From Vicugna vicugna (taxonomy: Eukaryota), in NCBI GenBank assembly GCA_013265495.1, contig MU058384.1:929622-984753 (forward strand): DNA of 55,132 nucleotides. Direction: 5' to 3'. Under the pieces are notes generated by a model. The model searched no databases, was not told where the DNA came from, and saw only the letters and a list, made by a program, of their open reading frames with translations. Of this stretch, positions 52,941-55,132 are shown one piece after another. Made by a program: the position numbers and the translations under genes. Within the stretch, counting starts at the first letter, position 1, and each line of letters opens with the position of its first letter.

Positions 52941-53828
52941 TTAGAGGAGACCTGTCAATATTTCTTTTAGCATGGGTTTAGTGTTGCTAAACTCTTTTAG
53001 TTTTTGCTTGTCTGTGAAGTTCTTTATCTCTCCTTCTATTCTAAAGGATAGCCTTGCTGGATGGAGTATCCTAGGCTGCACCTTTTTTTCATTCAGGACT
53101 TTGAATCTGTCTTGCCACTCCCTACTGGCCTGTAGTGTTTGTGTAGAGAAATCAGCTGAGAGCCTTCTAGGGTAGGGGTTCCCTTGTAACTCACTCTTTG
53201 TTTTTCTCTTGCTGCCTTTAGGATCATTTCTTTATCCTTGACTCTGGCCATCTTGATGATGATGTCTTGGTGTGGGTCTGTTTGGGTTCTTCCTGTTTGG
53301 GACCCTCTGAGCCTCCTGTACTTGGATATCTGATTCCTTTAGGTTTGGGAAGTTTTCAGTCATGATTTCTTCCAATACCTTTTCAATCCCCTTTGTTCTT
53401 TCTTCCCCTTCTGGAACCCCTATTATGTGTAGATTGGCGTGCTTTATATTACCTCATAGGGCCCTTATATTGTTTTCATTGTTTTTAATTGTTTTTCTCT
53501 CAGCTGTTGTGATTGGGTGCTTTCTGTTGCCCTGTCTTCTAGGTCACTGATTTGTTCCTCTGCATTATCTAGCCTGCTTTGTACAGCCTTTAGGTCAGCT
53601 CTCATCACTGCAATTGAGTTTACTAATTGTACTTGGTTCTTCTTTATAGCCTCTATTTCATTTTTGACATATTTTATATCTTTAAACACTATTTCTTTTA
53701 GTTCCTTCAGTACTTTGATCACTCCTTTTTTGAAATCTTGATCTAGTAGGCCATCAATGTCTATATCCTTGATTGTGCTAAAACATCTCTTGATGTTTTA
53801 ATTGGGAATGGTTCCTCTGCTTCTTCAT
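52941..53828 (-). pseudogene. L1 ORF1p pseudogene, copy 2
   Basis: ATG at 53828; coiled-coil ORF 53465-53722 (SRLDNAEEQISDLEDR); frameshifts downstream. Confidence 0.95.
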
Positions 53829-55132
53829 ATTGCTCATATCTCTCTGGCACTGTGGCTTAAGGAGTATCAGTCATCTAGTTCTCCAGTGTGCTCTCAATGA
53901 TTTTATTGAAAGGTCATTGTGTCTTCACCCTGTTTCATGAAATCAGCTTGCTGTTTCCAAAAGCCCTCTGTTGGCGCCCTGGACTGTGCTGCTCCCAGTG
54001 GCTGTCGGCTAGCAGATTGCACCCCCTCCCAACACTGGGTCAGATGCTGAGCTCTTACCCAGTGGGTGGGTGGGTGAGTCACTCCCCCTCCTGATTCTGC
54101 AGTCAGATGCTGCACTTGGGTGAGGCAAGTGGGCAGATCGCGCCCCCTCCCAGCACTGTGGTCAGGTGCTGCGTTCCTGCCAGGAAAGCAGGTTGCCGCC
54201 TGCCATCTCCTGGTGCAGGTCGCTCTGCTGCTCTGTGCAGCTGCCTGCTCCACCTTGGGTCGGTGCTCCCAAGGTGGGCTTGGGGAAGACTGCAGAAAGG
54301 CCCTGCCCCTGCTCCGTGCCAAATCTCAGCTCCTTGTTTGTCTTGGCACAAGTTCTCTGAGGTGCCAGGGCAGAAAGATCCTATTTGCCTTGGACTGTAA
54401 ACAAGTCTCAGTCCTGCCTAGGAGGTTCCAGAGCCACTGGGTGCAGATTCAGGTCTCGGCCCTGCCCCCGCCTGGGTGCTGCGCTCAGGAGGAGATGGCG
54501 ACTGTTTGAGCCCCACCTCTCCTCTCGTGAGAAGTGCCAGTAATGGTGGTGCAGGTCTGAGGAGAGAAAGACTATGGCGCCTCCCCCCCACCCAGGGCAC
54601 ACCAGCCGTGTTGCTTTGCTTTTTTCGCAATTATGGGGGACTGAGGTTGTTCTGCATCCCCTCCCAGCCACGGCGTGCAGCCCTCTGCAGTCCCCTGGGA
54701 CTGCCTCAGTGCAGCCACCCCAGTCCTCTGCCCAGCTCGGGTGGCCTGTCCCGGCCCCCAGCTGCTGGCTCACATCTCAGGCTGGGTGTCATGGAGACAC
54801 TTTGTACCCGTTTAACTCAGTTCTGTCAGTCAAGGGGTGCTTGGGGCAGATCTGAGCCTCAGAGGCTTCCCCTCCATCCCGCTGGCCTGTTGGAGGGCGG
54901 AGACCAAGTGAATGAGCTCCAGTCCTCCTCTGCTACTCCCTCCCCGTGGGATCAGTCCTGCACTGTTTTGCTTTGTCGTCTTTATTTTTTCCTTTTCTCC
55001 TACCAGATTTTTGGTGTCTTTGTCTTTCAAAGAGGGCGATGTTCTGTCAGAGTTTGGCAGGTGCTCTGGTTGGCTGAGTAGGTCCGTAGATGTGAGTTTT
55101 GGTGTATTTGTGGGAGAGGGTGAGCTACAAGC

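Larger units (their letters stand above)
52141..55132 (-). mobile_element. ORF2-deleted L1 derivative (half-L1-like), copy 2; 5' end lies ~30 bp beyond the window
   Basis: Colinear reverse complement of 16123-19075 with the same junction at ~52798; poly(T) tail at 52141-52162. Confidence 0.95.

Noticed and set aside
16093..55132. Segmental duplication or giant terminal inverted repeats of one element
   Set aside because: Similarity stops at the element 3' ends; the 3' flanks are unrelated, each copy has its own A tail and copy 1 has its own TSD

Overview
AT-rich mammalian genomic DNA, most likely camelid (inferred from a Vic-1-type tRNA-derived SINE and the style of the young L1 3' ends). 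No host protein-coding gene is recognisable, and nearly all listed ORFs fall in repeats. The window is a mosaic of old L1M, L2, MIR, MaLR/ERVL and hAT fossils, three ERV1-like solo LTRs, and two young ~3-kb L1-derived elements (16093-19108 on +, 52141 to beyond 55132 on -). Both young elements run 5'UTR, disrupted ORF1, then jump at the same junction to the last ~120 codons of ORF2, so they lack endonuclease and reverse transcriptase. This suggests a non-autonomous half-L1-like family. The two copies are inverted, ~33 kb apart, and differ by roughly 4-5% or more by hand count. The exception is a central ~850-bp block with no substitutions, which looks like a recent non-crossover gene conversion tract; an assembly artefact is not excluded. 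Subfamily names for old repeats are by-eye assignments and their boundaries are approximate.
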